Positions 1 through 8,092 are shown, counted from the first letter of the stretch. The stretch: DNA of 32,000 nucleotides from Candidatus Nanoarchaeia archaeon (GCA_028279745.1 JANQNC010000001.1:1200001-1232000); one strand, 5' to 3'. Notes: generated by a model from the sequence alone, not told the origin. Program-made: numbers and translations.

Positions 1-36
1 CGTTCGCTTAGCCACCTACAAAAGAGGTAAACAAAA

Positions 37-663
37 ATGGTGTATATATTCGGGCTTGACATTCCGTTAATAGAGGTATTCTTCATACTGTTGATAATAG
101 GAATAATACTGGCGGCAGTAATAGTCTACATTATCGTGAAAATAATGCAGATGAACAAAAAGATGGACTATGTTTTGAGTCAGGAGAAAAAGAAACTAGT
201 GCAGTTCTCAGACATAACTGAAAAGGAGAAAAAAGAGTTAGCTGATTTAAGGAAATTAGAAAGAGAGCTAGATGATCTGCTTGATCAAGAAGAAGATGCA
301 GTCAAAGCATTAGAAAAGTTAAAGACTGTAAGAAAGACAAAACCCAAGAAGAAAGCAGTTCGCCATGAGCCAACCAGTTCACCAGTAGAGAAAGGAAAAG
401 ACTTCGTAAAAGCTTTACTTGGAGCAACAATGAGACACGAAGAAAAACCAGTCTGGAGGACAGAGAAGTGGAGAAAAGAAGGTTTGGTCTTGGTGTTAAG
501 AAATGATAATGGTTCCATAAAAGAATGGAGAAAACATCCGCTATCAGGCATACCAGAATCACAAGTTCCATGGAAAAAAGAACACTGGTACTCTGAAGGA
601 GATGTTGCAGTGTTAAGAAGACCAGATGGAACCTTAATCGACTGGGAAAAACTAAAGAAATGA
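37..663 (+). CDS. Membrane-anchored hypothetical protein (N-terminal TM helix, charged coiled-coil, duplicated Trp-rich C-terminal module)
   Basis: 208-aa ORF with an AGAGGT Shine-Dalgarno-like motif about 9 nt upstream of the ATG. N-terminal hydrophobic helix (IPLIEVFFILLIIGIILAAVIVYIIV), then a Lys/Glu-rich segment, then two ~35-aa copies of one motif (WRTEKWRKEGLVLVLRNDNGSIKEW and WKKEHWYSEGDVAVLRRPDGTLIDW). No family recognised. Confidence 0.6.
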   Translation: MVYIFGLDIPLIEVFFILLIIGIILAAVIVYIIVKIMQMNKKMDYVLSQEKKKLVQFSDITEKEKKELADLRKLERELDDLLDQEEDAVKALEKLKTVRKTKPKKKAVRHEPTSSPVEKGKDFVKALLGATMRHEEKPVWRTEKWRKEGLVLVLRNDNGSIKEWRKHPLSGIPESQVPWKKEHWYSEGDVAVLRRPDGTLIDWEKLKK

Positions 664-703
664 AAATTCTTTAAGAATTTTCAATCTTTATGGATAAATC
701 CAT
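662..703. terminator. Two palindromes between convergent genes (possible bidirectional terminator region)
   Basis: GAAAATTCTT-T-AAGAATTTTC (662-682) is a perfect 10+10 inverted repeat. ATGGAT-AA-ATCCAT (690-703) is a perfect 6+6 inverted repeat. Both lie between the stop of 37..663 (+) and the stop of 733..1824 (-), with T-rich flanks. Confidence 0.3.
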
Positions 704-732
704 AAAGAAGTAATTCTTTATTATTATTTTTT

Positions 733-1824
733 TTATCTACTTCTACTCTTACTTAACATATAACCAATGAAAAGAACAGCGACCACAACAATGATCAGGA
801 TAAACATCAGGAAATCATTTTTGTTCAATTCTTCATCCTCATTGAAAGGAATCATACCTTCACTATCTTCACCATTTGCAGATCCATCTGTGCTATCTGT
901 CGGTTGAGTATTATCTGGGTTTGTGGTTGATGAATCTCTAGGAGTGGGAGTTATGCCAGATCCTTCGCTGCCTGGACCTCCTGCACCACCGCTGCCTTCA
1001 CCTTCACCAGAAGCACCACCTTCGCCAGTGTTGTTTGTAGGGACTGGAGGAGGTAAACCAGGATCAGGTATCCAATCTTTCTTCAAAGGAAGATTATCCG
1101 TATTGGAACCAATTGCAACAGTGTCATCACAGAAACTGTCGTAGTTATCATCCAAGCAACCTTGACCTTCTAAGCCGAAATCACCCCAATAGTTTCCGCC
1201 TGTGTTTGGACCATCAACAACATTCCTCTTAGTCTTTTGAGGAACATTCCAGTTATTATTGCTATTATCAAAAGCGTTAACCGCATTAGCTAGATAGTTA
1301 TCATAAAAGTAGTTATTGTTGGAGTTGTCAACGTAAATACCAGAACCTTGAGCACCAGTAATAGTATTAGAGTAAAACTGGTTATTATTTGAGTTAACTA
1401 CATGTACGCCATGAACAGCAGAATCAGTTATTTCGTTTTCAATTATTACATTAGTAGATGATTGAACAACCTTGATACCTGTGTCACAGCTATCTATAGT
1501 ATTGTATGCTACGCTGCTGCCATCACTGCCTATAGAAACACCTTGTTGTATGCCTATTTGGAAGTTCTCAACAGTACAATGACTTACGCTTAACTCAGAG
1601 AAGTCCTGCATCAGAATGCCTGTGCCAGAACCATCGCCTCTAATAACGTGGTCGTTACAGTTAAGGATTACATCATTGGCACCAATTGTCAAACCATCGT
1701 CTGAACAGTTAAGATCTTCAAGTAGGTCTACACTTTCAGTAAGAACATCGCCGCAGCTTACAGCAAATGCTGTGCTGATTGATAATAAAATTGCAAATAA
1801 AAACGTATAGTATTTCATATTCAT
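733..1824 (-). CDS. Secreted right-handed parallel beta-helix (PbH1/NosD-like) surface protein with C-terminal TM anchor
   Basis: 363 aa. N-terminal signal peptide (MNMKYYTFLFAILLSISTAFA). Repeated ~22-aa units rich in N/G/I/V (IENEITDSAVHGVHVVNSNNNQFYSNTITGAQGSGIYVDNSNNNYFYDNYL) typical of parallel beta-helix repeats. Pro/Gly/Ser/Thr linker, a single C-terminal TM helix (FLMFILIIVVVAVLFIGYML) and a basic tail (SKSRSR). AAAGAGGTT directly precedes the ATG. Confidence 0.7.
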   Translation of the reverse strand: MNMKYYTFLFAILLSISTAFAVSCGDVLTESVDLLEDLNCSDDGLTIGANDVILNCNDHVIRGDGSGTGILMQDFSELSVSHCTVENFQIGIQQGVSIGSDGSSVAYNTIDSCDTGIKVVQSSTNVIIENEITDSAVHGVHVVNSNNNQFYSNTITGAQGSGIYVDNSNNNYFYDNYLANAVNAFDNSNNNWNVPQKTKRNVVDGPNTGGNYWGDFGLEGQGCLDDNYDSFCDDTVAIGSNTDNLPLKKDWIPDPGLPPPVPTNNTGEGGASGEGEGSGGAGGPGSEGSGITPTPRDSSTTNPDNTQPTDSTDGSANGEDSEGMIPFNEDEELNKNDFLMFILIIVVVAVLFIGYMLSKSRSR

Positions 1825-1870
1825 AACCTCTTTTGTTTTATACTAAATTATTTAATTTATAAATGTTTGT

Positions 1871-2683
1871 CTAATTTACTGTGGCGCTAACAAAATCATA
1901 ATCAAGAGCTTCAGTTGCCACCATAATCCACTCATCAGACTCTAACCTTGTATTAAGTACAAGATTTAATCTCATCCAAACCTCCTCTTCAGCACATTTT
2001 GCAGAAGCAAAAGTGTTATCATTTGTTTTTATTGCAATTATGCTTGTATGATGACATTTTGTATAAACTTGAATCACATCTTTATCACTTAGGCTTTTAT
2101 TGAATTTCAAGATTAAGATTTCATTACCCTCAACATGTAAGAAGTTTTGATCGATGACTGAAAGTTTACTTGTTACATCTGAGTTGTACTTTTCAGCAGC
2201 GACAAGTTCAGACTCAGAAGCTATGGTGATGTTGTCGGTAGCATCAGGGACTGATACAATCAAAGCTCCCTGGTTAGACAATCCTGATAACCCATTTGGT
2301 TCATTGTATCTTATTATTAAGTCACTCTTCAACCTTTTTGAATTTGATAAATCACAACTTATGTTAAATTGTGTTTCTTCATTATTCTTTATGCTGATGT
2401 TAATGCTTGGGTTACAGTTAGGTATGTTTTCAAGGTCAACCTCAGTGATAGTTATGTCTTTACCATATGAGTTTTGGATTATAAACTCAACACCTTCAGT
2501 TGTTGCTTTGTAACTTTTGCAGTACAGACCTTCACCTAACCTGCATTGGTCTGGGATTAACTTGTCTGGGTTAAGAACGCCTGCAAAAGCAAGAATGCCC
2601 AGCATTATTATGACTATAAGAATGCCCCATGAAATGGTCGTCAAAAATTCAGTCGCTGCTTGTCCTCTACTGCGGTAATTCAT
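1871..2683 (-). CDS. Archaeal type IV pilin-like protein (class III signal peptide, DUF361-like N-terminus)
   Basis: 270 aa. The N-terminus MNYRSRG|QAATEFLTTISWGILIVIIMLGILAFAG matches the archaeal prepilin peptidase motif ([KR]G followed by Q, then E at +5 and a hydrophobic helix). Confidence 0.65.
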   Translation of the reverse strand: MNYRSRGQAATEFLTTISWGILIVIIMLGILAFAGVLNPDKLIPDQCRLGEGLYCKSYKATTEGVEFIIQNSYGKDITITEVDLENIPNCNPSINISIKNNEETQFNISCDLSNSKRLKSDLIIRYNEPNGLSGLSNQGALIVSVPDATDNITIASESELVAAEKYNSDVTSKLSVIDQNFLHVEGNEILILKFNKSLSDKDVIQVYTKCHHTSIIAIKTNDNTFASAKCAEEEVWMRLNLVLNTRLESDEWIMVATEALDYDFVSATVN

Positions 2684-2831
2684 GTATATCTTTGCAGTAA
2701 AACCAAAGTAAGTGGGTATTTAAAAAAGTGTATTCATTTAGAAGTGAATTTAATAAAAAAAGAAAAAAAATACACTCAAAAAAGCTCTGCTTTTTTGGTG
2801 CCCAAGAAAATCTTGAGGATTTTCTTTGGGT

Positions 2832-5800
2832 TTACCAGCCGAAAAGATTTTTCAGCCAGCTTCCATCTTTAGTTTCAGAGCCTTCCTTAACTCTAATAGC
2901 TATCTTTATTGTGTCATCCTCCTCAGGAGCGATCTCCTGGAATGTAGGAGGTTGGTTGACATCAATAACTGTAACTACAAAGCCTTCGGAGTCTTCAGCT
3001 AACCCGTCACTAACAGTAACAGTAACTAGGTGAGATCCAGCATCACTGTAACCTGCTTTCTTAGTGTCAGAAGACATGTAACCGTCAAACTTAATGGTTA
3101 ACTCATCACCATCTATATCTTCCACAACAGGTGTTACTGTGAACTCATCACCCTCATTAACTATAACTTCATCAATCTGCTCAATTGAAGGAGCATGATT
3201 AACGTTGTTAACAGTTATTGTTAGTTTTTGTTCAACTGTGTCGGTGCCATCATCTGCAGTTAGTGTTATAACGAATTCTTCAGAGTCAGAAGAACTGATA
3301 ATTCCAGTTTCTCTCTTGACTGCATCAAATCCAGGAGTCCATTCAAACTTAGAGTCTTCAAACTCTGCACCTTCAGGAATTCCTTCAACAGTCAATGTTA
3401 CTTCATCTTCATCTTCATCGCTAAGCACAACTTCAAACTCTACAGTTTGGCCCTCGTCCATTATTACATCGTCAATAGGTGCGATTATTGGTGCGTTATT
3501 AACATCCAATACAGTAAGTACGAAACTTCCTGTAACATTAAACTCATCATCTAATGCGCTAACAGTGATGTCATAAACACCTGCATCGTCTAAGGTGGTT
3601 TGCCATACTCCCTGATCGCTTAACGGTTCAGATATGTAATAGATAATCCTGTCACCATCTAAGTCTGCTTTTGGCAGATCAAGAGTAATGAACTCGCCCT
3701 CTTTAACAACTATATCAGATAGAGACAGTTCTGGAGCTCTGTTAGGTATTTCAACGTTCAATTGCCAACCTAGTGAAGCAGTTTCCTCACCATCTGATAC
3801 AATCACTTCAACTTGGTAAGTTCCTTCTTCATCTTCTTCAGAGTTGAAGATGTATGAATCATTTTCACCTACTTTTTCACCATTAAAAGCCCAGCTGTAA
3901 GATAGCGGGTCATCATCATTATCTGAAGCTTCTATGATGAATTCAACACTTTCACCTGCTAAGATGTTCAATGTTGATTCTTCTGGGGAGAAAGTTTCGA
4001 TAACTGGTGCGTTTAGGTTAACATTAGTAACTTCAATGTTAAAAGTGTCTGTAACTGTATCAACACCATCAGTAACTTCTACACTGATCTCATAAGTTCC
4101 TGCATCATCGTAGGAAGTTTTCCAAGTTCCATCATTACCAACTGGCTCAGAGATAGTGTATGATAACTCATCGTTGTCTTCGTCTGTTGCATCTAGTATT
4201 ATAGATACGACCTCTCCTTCACTAACTGAGATATCTTCCAGCTCGGTTAATGTTGGAGGTAGGTTGACATTTTCAACATTTAACTGCCAAACAACACTTG
4301 CAGTATTATTCTTAGTGTCTGAAACATCAACAGTAACAAAGTATTCACCTTCGCTGTCAGATGAAGTCAATACTGTCAAGTAATCTTTTGTACTTCCAAT
4401 CTGATCATTTAACTTCCATATGTAGCTCAATTCATCAAAGTCAGCATCAGAAGCGGTTATGTTGAAAGTTATGTTGGTGCCTTCTTTTACTGTGATGAAC
4501 TCTTCTTCTGGAAGGTATAAATCAATTACAGGCTTAGATTCAACTGAAACAACATTTATTGTGAAGTATTCTTCAATCATAACTTTGCTGTCCCTTGCAG
4601 AAACAGTCACAGGGAATTCTCCCACATTACCTTCTCCAGGAAGCCACTGACCCTTTTCATCTAAAGGTTCAGAGAACTTAATCTTCAGCTTATCTCCATC
4701 TGCATCACTGATTTCAGGAGTAAGATTGAATAACTCGTTTTCGCCGATCGTAATGTTGTTTATTGGAGTAATGTAAGGCGGTGCGTTCTGGTCAATTATC
4801 TTAACCATGAAATCTTGTGTAATCTCATTCTCACCATCGGATACCTTGAAAGTTATAGGGACTTGAGCTGAACAAGACCATAGCCACCAGTGCCAACAGC
4901 TCTTCTTAGGAACTGCATAGAACGAAGGGATCCAGTGGAAATCATTACCTTCAAAATAGTAATTGTCTAATCCTTCAACCTCAAAAGTCAAAGTGTCATT
5001 ATCTGGATCGAAAACACCCAAAGTAAGAACTAACTCTTCACCTTCCTTGATAACTGCTGCTTTAGCTGTTGTAGGCGTTTTAGGCTCTTCTTCTTCAATA
5101 GTTTCGATTATATCGTCTAATTCGTCAGATAGTTCGTCTTCAGACATTTCTAACTCTTCATCTTCTACAAGTGCAATATCTGTCACTTCTTCTTCTATTA
5201 TCTCTACTTCTTCATCACCTAAGATGTCTTCAACATCTAAGTCTTCGTCTACTATGATGATATCTTCCTCAACAACTGCTTCATCAGCTACTTCTTCAAC
5301 AGGAACATCATCTACGATCTCGTATTCTATCAGTTCCTCATCCTCTTCAGGGATAAAGTCTTCAATAGATTCAGTTTCGTTTACTTCTTCTACAATGGGT
5401 TCTTCATCCAGTAAACTTACTGTATCTTGTTTAGTATCAAATAATTTAAGTTTCAAAGTTTCAGAATCTTCTGAGATTCCATCGCTTACTGTGAAATCTA
5501 TCTTGAAAGTTTGTCTGCATCTCATAAGCCATCCATACCAACATCCATCAATTGTTTCGTAAGATGGAGCCCATCTGAATACGTTGTTTTCTATAGTTGC
5601 ACCTTCGGGTAGGTTAGTTGAAGAAAATTCTAACGGATCGTTATCTGCATCATAAGAGAATAACTCAATAGCTATCTCTTCTCCTTCATTGCTTTCAACA
5701 GGATCAATGGTGTAAAAAACTGGAGCTGTGTTTTCAACATCTTCTACTGGTTGAACAAGACTCATACCTCCATCTTCTAGTTCCTCAAGGTTGGCATCTT

Positions 5801-6017
5801 CAGTTGGTTCTTCTTCTGGAAGGTCAACAGGCTCTTCTGCTGTGTCTACAACCTCTTCCATAATAGGTTCTTCAATTGGAACTTCTTCAACCTCATCTGT
5901 TGTATTCTCTTCAACTGAAGGTTCAATCCAATTAATCTTAACAGACTGAGCTAAAGCTAAAGGTGCCATAAAGACACAAAGAATCAATAATATGCTAATT
6001 AGTTTATTTTTTACCAT
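2832..6017 (-). CDS. Giant acidic secreted adhesin-like protein with ~9 Ig/cadherin-like (He_PIG/cadherin-type) domains
   Basis: 1061 aa with a strong GAGGAGGGAG SD upstream. Signal peptide (ILLILCVFMAPLALAQS) and two long Asp/Glu-rich linkers. Nine ~85-100-aa modules each end in V-x-N-x-N-x-A-P and contain D-x-D-x-D-x-L and T/S-V-S/T-D-G motifs. No TM anchor at the C-terminus. Confidence 0.8.
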   Translation of the reverse strand: MVKNKLISILLILCVFMAPLALAQSVKINWIEPSVEENTTDEVEEVPIEEPIMEEVVDTAEEPVDLPEEEPTEDANLEELEDGGMSLVQPVEDVENTAPVFYTIDPVESNEGEEIAIELFSYDADNDPLEFSSTNLPEGATIENNVFRWAPSYETIDGCWYGWLMRCRQTFKIDFTVSDGISEDSETLKLKLFDTKQDTVSLLDEEPIVEEVNETESIEDFIPEEDEELIEYEIVDDVPVEEVADEAVVEEDIIIVDEDLDVEDILGDEEVEIIEEEVTDIALVEDEELEMSEDELSDELDDIIETIEEEEPKTPTTAKAAVIKEGEELVLTLGVFDPDNDTLTFEVEGLDNYYFEGNDFHWIPSFYAVPKKSCWHWWLWSCSAQVPITFKVSDGENEITQDFMVKIIDQNAPPYITPINNITIGENELFNLTPEISDADGDKLKIKFSEPLDEKGQWLPGEGNVGEFPVTVSARDSKVMIEEYFTINVVSVESKPVIDLYLPEEEFITVKEGTNITFNITASDADFDELSYIWKLNDQIGSTKDYLTVLTSSDSEGEYFVTVDVSDTKNNTASVVWQLNVENVNLPPTLTELEDISVSEGEVVSIILDATDEDNDELSYTISEPVGNDGTWKTSYDDAGTYEISVEVTDGVDTVTDTFNIEVTNVNLNAPVIETFSPEESTLNILAGESVEFIIEASDNDDDPLSYSWAFNGEKVGENDSYIFNSEEDEEGTYQVEVIVSDGEETASLGWQLNVEIPNRAPELSLSDIVVKEGEFITLDLPKADLDGDRIIYYISEPLSDQGVWQTTLDDAGVYDITVSALDDEFNVTGSFVLTVLDVNNAPIIAPIDDVIMDEGQTVEFEVVLSDEDEDEVTLTVEGIPEGAEFEDSKFEWTPGFDAVKRETGIISSSDSEEFVITLTADDGTDTVEQKLTITVNNVNHAPSIEQIDEVIVNEGDEFTVTPVVEDIDGDELTIKFDGYMSSDTKKAGYSDAGSHLVTVTVSDGLAEDSEGFVVTVIDVNQPPTFQEIAPEEDDTIKIAIRVKEGSETKDGSWLKNLFGW

Positions 6018-6153
6018 CTAAATCTCCCTCCTCACGTTTTGTGTTAGTATAATATAGTTATTTTATGGCTTTCCATATAAAAATATTTCTATTTTAGAAG
6101 AGTAATATGCTGTTGCTATTGTGGAATGACAATCTTGTTGAGGAAAAGTAAAA

Positions 6154-6262
6154 TGAGCCCGCCGTGACTTTCATGACTTTCGTCAATTTGAACACGGGAC
6201 CACTCGATCTCTGAACTTAGAGTTTATCAGTCGAGCACTCCACCAGACTAAGCTACGGGCTC
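6154..6262 (-). tRNA. tRNA-Ile (anticodon GAU) with two BHB introns (37/38 and 59/60)
   Basis: Minus-strand read: GAGCCCG TA GCTT AGTCTGGTG GAGT G CTCGA CTGATA [AACTCTAAGTTCAGAG] A TCGAG TGGTC CCGTG TTCAAA [TTGACGAAAGTCATGAAAG] T CACGG CGGGCTC A. Perfect 7-bp acceptor stem, TTCAAAT T-loop and A73 discriminator. Both introns (6209-6224 and 6168-6186) form helix-bulge-helix-bulge-helix motifs with 4-bp central helices. TATA-like CTTTATAAAATAA lies ~25-30 nt upstream and an oligo-T follows the 3' end. Confidence 0.85.
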
Positions 6263-6307
6263 AATTGATATATGAAAGTCAAGAATTATTTTATAAAGTT
6301 AATGTTT

Positions 6308-6634
6308 TTAGTCATGATTAAACTCAAAATCCCAAGAAGCATACCTAATTAAAAGGTCTGTCTCTTTAAGGTAAAGCATAAAATCACCTGAGCCAGGCAG
6401 AGTAAATTCTGTAGAAAATTCAGAACCATCTGGGAAAATTCTAATGCCTTGAATGCCATCGAACTCAGCCTCAGAAGGATTAGTAATTGAGTTAGTTATG
6501 TCTGTGTTAGTTGCCAAGTCAATCTCTGCAAATCTTTCAGCAGCAGTCTTTGCGCTAGAGTAAAGATTAAGCCTTTTGAAATGATCTTTTCCTTTGCTTA
6601 GCTGGTAGCTGTTGAATATTTTTACTGGGTCCAT
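6308..6634 (-). CDS. Hypothetical protein, paralog of the upstream overlapping gene
   Basis: 108 aa. The C-terminal half (GIRIFPDGSEFSTEF...FMLYLKETDLLIRY) aligns with GFRVLPDGVEYFFGF...YILYVKEKNLAVRF of ORF 6622..6969. Its ATG overlaps the upstream stop within ATGGACCCAGTAA. Confidence 0.6.
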   Translation of the reverse strand: MDPVKIFNSYQLSKGKDHFKRLNLYSSAKTAAERFAEIDLATNTDITNSITNPSEAEFDGIQGIRIFPDGSEFSTEFTLPGSGDFMLYLKETDLLIRYASWDFEFNHD

Positions 6635-6969
6635 TCTCTCACCGAGTGCTCTATGAATCTTACGGCAAGATTTTTCTCTTTGACATAAAGAATATAGTTG
6701 CCATATCTATTATCTCTCTTAGTGGTGATGCTTCCATGAAAGCCAAAAAAGTATTCAACGCCATCCGGAAGAACTCTAAAACCTATGTGATTTTTGAATA
6801 GTCCCGGTTCTGGATCAAGAACGCTGTCAGTTATCTCAACATTTGCTGAATTTTGTATCTCAATGCCTCTATCTTGTACTGTTTTAGTCTTGGAAGGATG
6901 TTGGTATTTTTTGAATTCTTCCTGCCATTTGTCTATCTGTTCAGGTGTTAAAGTCTCTGTAATATCCAT
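6622..6969 (-). CDS. Hypothetical protein, paralog of 6308..6634
   Basis: The ORF extends to 7008. The ATG at 6969 (MDITETL) sits ~25-30 nt downstream of a TATA-like TATTTTTATATTAG, so the shorter 115-aa form is preferred. Confidence 0.55.
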   Translation of the reverse strand: MDITETLTPEQIDKWQEEFKKYQHPSKTKTVQDRGIEIQNSANVEITDSVLDPEPGLFKNHIGFRVLPDGVEYFFGFHGSITTKRDNRYGNYILYVKEKNLAVRFIEHSVREWTQ

Positions 6970-7126
6970 TTTAGCCTTATTTTTACTAACTAATATAAAA
7001 ATATACACAGAAAGTTTTATAAAAAGATTTTATTAGGTGTTTTTTTGGGAATTCTATGAGAAAACCATTGGGCACTGGACATGCTGCCAGTTAGGTTATT
7101 TAAACAAAAAATAGTATAATAGTATT

Positions 7127-7906
7127 ATGTACTTTAAGTTTGCAGAAGGAAAACAGAAAGAGTTTATGAAGAAAGCAATAGCTAAAGCAGGATCTGAAAG
7201 AAAACTTTCAGATATTTCAGGCATCCCTAAAGGGTCAATTAATTCTCTGAAAAATGAAGCGAGAAATCTTTCAGATACTTATGCCTTGAAACTAACTTTA
7301 TTTCTTGGTATGAATCTTAACGAGTTAGATTTTATGGATAGACTTCAGACCAACTGGGGACAAATTAAAGGTGGAAATGAATTGATAAGGAGAAAAAAGG
7401 CGTCAGATTCATTTAATGAGACGATAGAACGATTAAAAAAGGTTAGTTCTCGCCGTATGAGAGATTGGCACAGAACTATGAAAAAAGAAAATCCGGAAGA
7501 GTATCATATTTTGCAATATGAAAGATTTAAAAAAATAGGTGGGGGTTACAAGTTTAGTCTTAGCACGGGTGTAAAAGTAAGGAACACTTTAGAGAGGGAT
7601 GTTGGGAACTTTTTAGTAAAAAATTTCTTAGATGTTAAATATGAACCTTATCTTAATATCTTAAATAAAGTTTACTTTCCAGATTTTGTTATTGGAAATG
7701 TTATTGTTGAAGTTACGGGGTGGAAACATCCAAGCGATGAAAAGATCAATAAGTTAAATGAGAAGATTAAAGCTTATGTTGAACGAGGTTACAAAATTTG
7801 TTTTTTTGTTCCTATAAAATACAGAAAGTTTTATAAACGACTTATTTGTTCTGTAATCTCAACTCGTGGAAAACTACGGGAATTCATAGACGCCTCCATA
7901 GCTTAG
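7127..7906 (+). CDS. HTH domain + PD-(D/E)XK nuclease-fold protein
   Basis: 259 aa. N-terminal helix-turn-helix-like segment (RKLSDISGIPKGSINSLKNE). C-terminal VRNTLERDVGNFL...YEPYL...VYFPDFVIGNVIVEVTGWKH resembles the restriction-endonuclease-like core (PD ... E-V-x). TATA-like box ~27 nt upstream of the ATG. The last 15 nt overlap the 5' end of tRNA-Asn. Confidence 0.55.
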   Translation: MYFKFAEGKQKEFMKKAIAKAGSERKLSDISGIPKGSINSLKNEARNLSDTYALKLTLFLGMNLNELDFMDRLQTNWGQIKGGNELIRRKKASDSFNETIERLKKVSSRRMRDWHRTMKKENPEEYHILQYERFKKIGGGYKFSLSTGVKVRNTLERDVGNFLVKNFLDVKYEPYLNILNKVYFPDFVIGNVIVEVTGWKHPSDEKINKLNEKIKAYVERGYKICFFVPIKYRKFYKRLICSVISTRGKLREFIDASIA

Positions 7907-8038
7907 ACATGTTTTAGGCAATGCTTAAGTATGGAGCAATAGGTAGAGCGTGCGAGTCTCTACCAGAGACCACGAAGCTGTTAACCTACAATAGAAGCAG
8001 GAACCGCAAGGTCGGCAGTTCAAGTCTGCCTGGAGGCG
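7892..8038 (+). tRNA. tRNA-Asn (anticodon GUU) with three BHB introns (15/16, 30/31, 37/38)
   Basis: Exons are 7892-7906, 7940-7954, 7977-7983 and 8003-8038. They splice to a canonical 73-nt tRNA: GCCTCCA TA GCTT AGTAGGTA GAGC G TGCGG CTGTTAA CCGCA AGGTC GGCAG TTCAAGT CTGCC TGGAGGC G. G73 discriminator as expected for tRNA-Asn. Each predicted intron (7907-7939, 7955-7976, 7984-8002) places both splice sites in 3-nt bulges separated by a 4-bp helix. Oligo-T follows the 3' end. Confidence 0.85.
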
Positions 8039-8092
8039 TTTTTATACTCCTAGAAAAAACTTATATATCACTATTTGATTTCTGTGACTAAA

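Noticed and set aside
2832-2880. Searched the adhesin C-terminus for a PGF-CTERM/archaeosortase or TM anchor signal
   Set aside because: The protein ends ...KDGSWLKNLFGW with no hydrophobic helix or PGF-type motif, so no sorting signal can be claimed.
2900-5600. Long plus-strand ORFs (e.g. 4963..5562, 3205..3576, 2728..3033) encoding Ser/Thr-rich proteins
   Set aside because: They lie antisense to the 1061-aa adhesin gene. Their Ser-rich composition is the mirror image of the Asp/Glu codons (GAA/GAT read as TTC/ATC) on the coding strand. They have no promoters or independent motifs and are shadow ORFs.
6263-7891. tRNA-flanked cassette considered as an integrated mobile element
   Set aside because: There is no integrase, transposase or direct repeat of a tRNA 3' segment in the window. 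It is reported only as an observation, not called as a mobile element.
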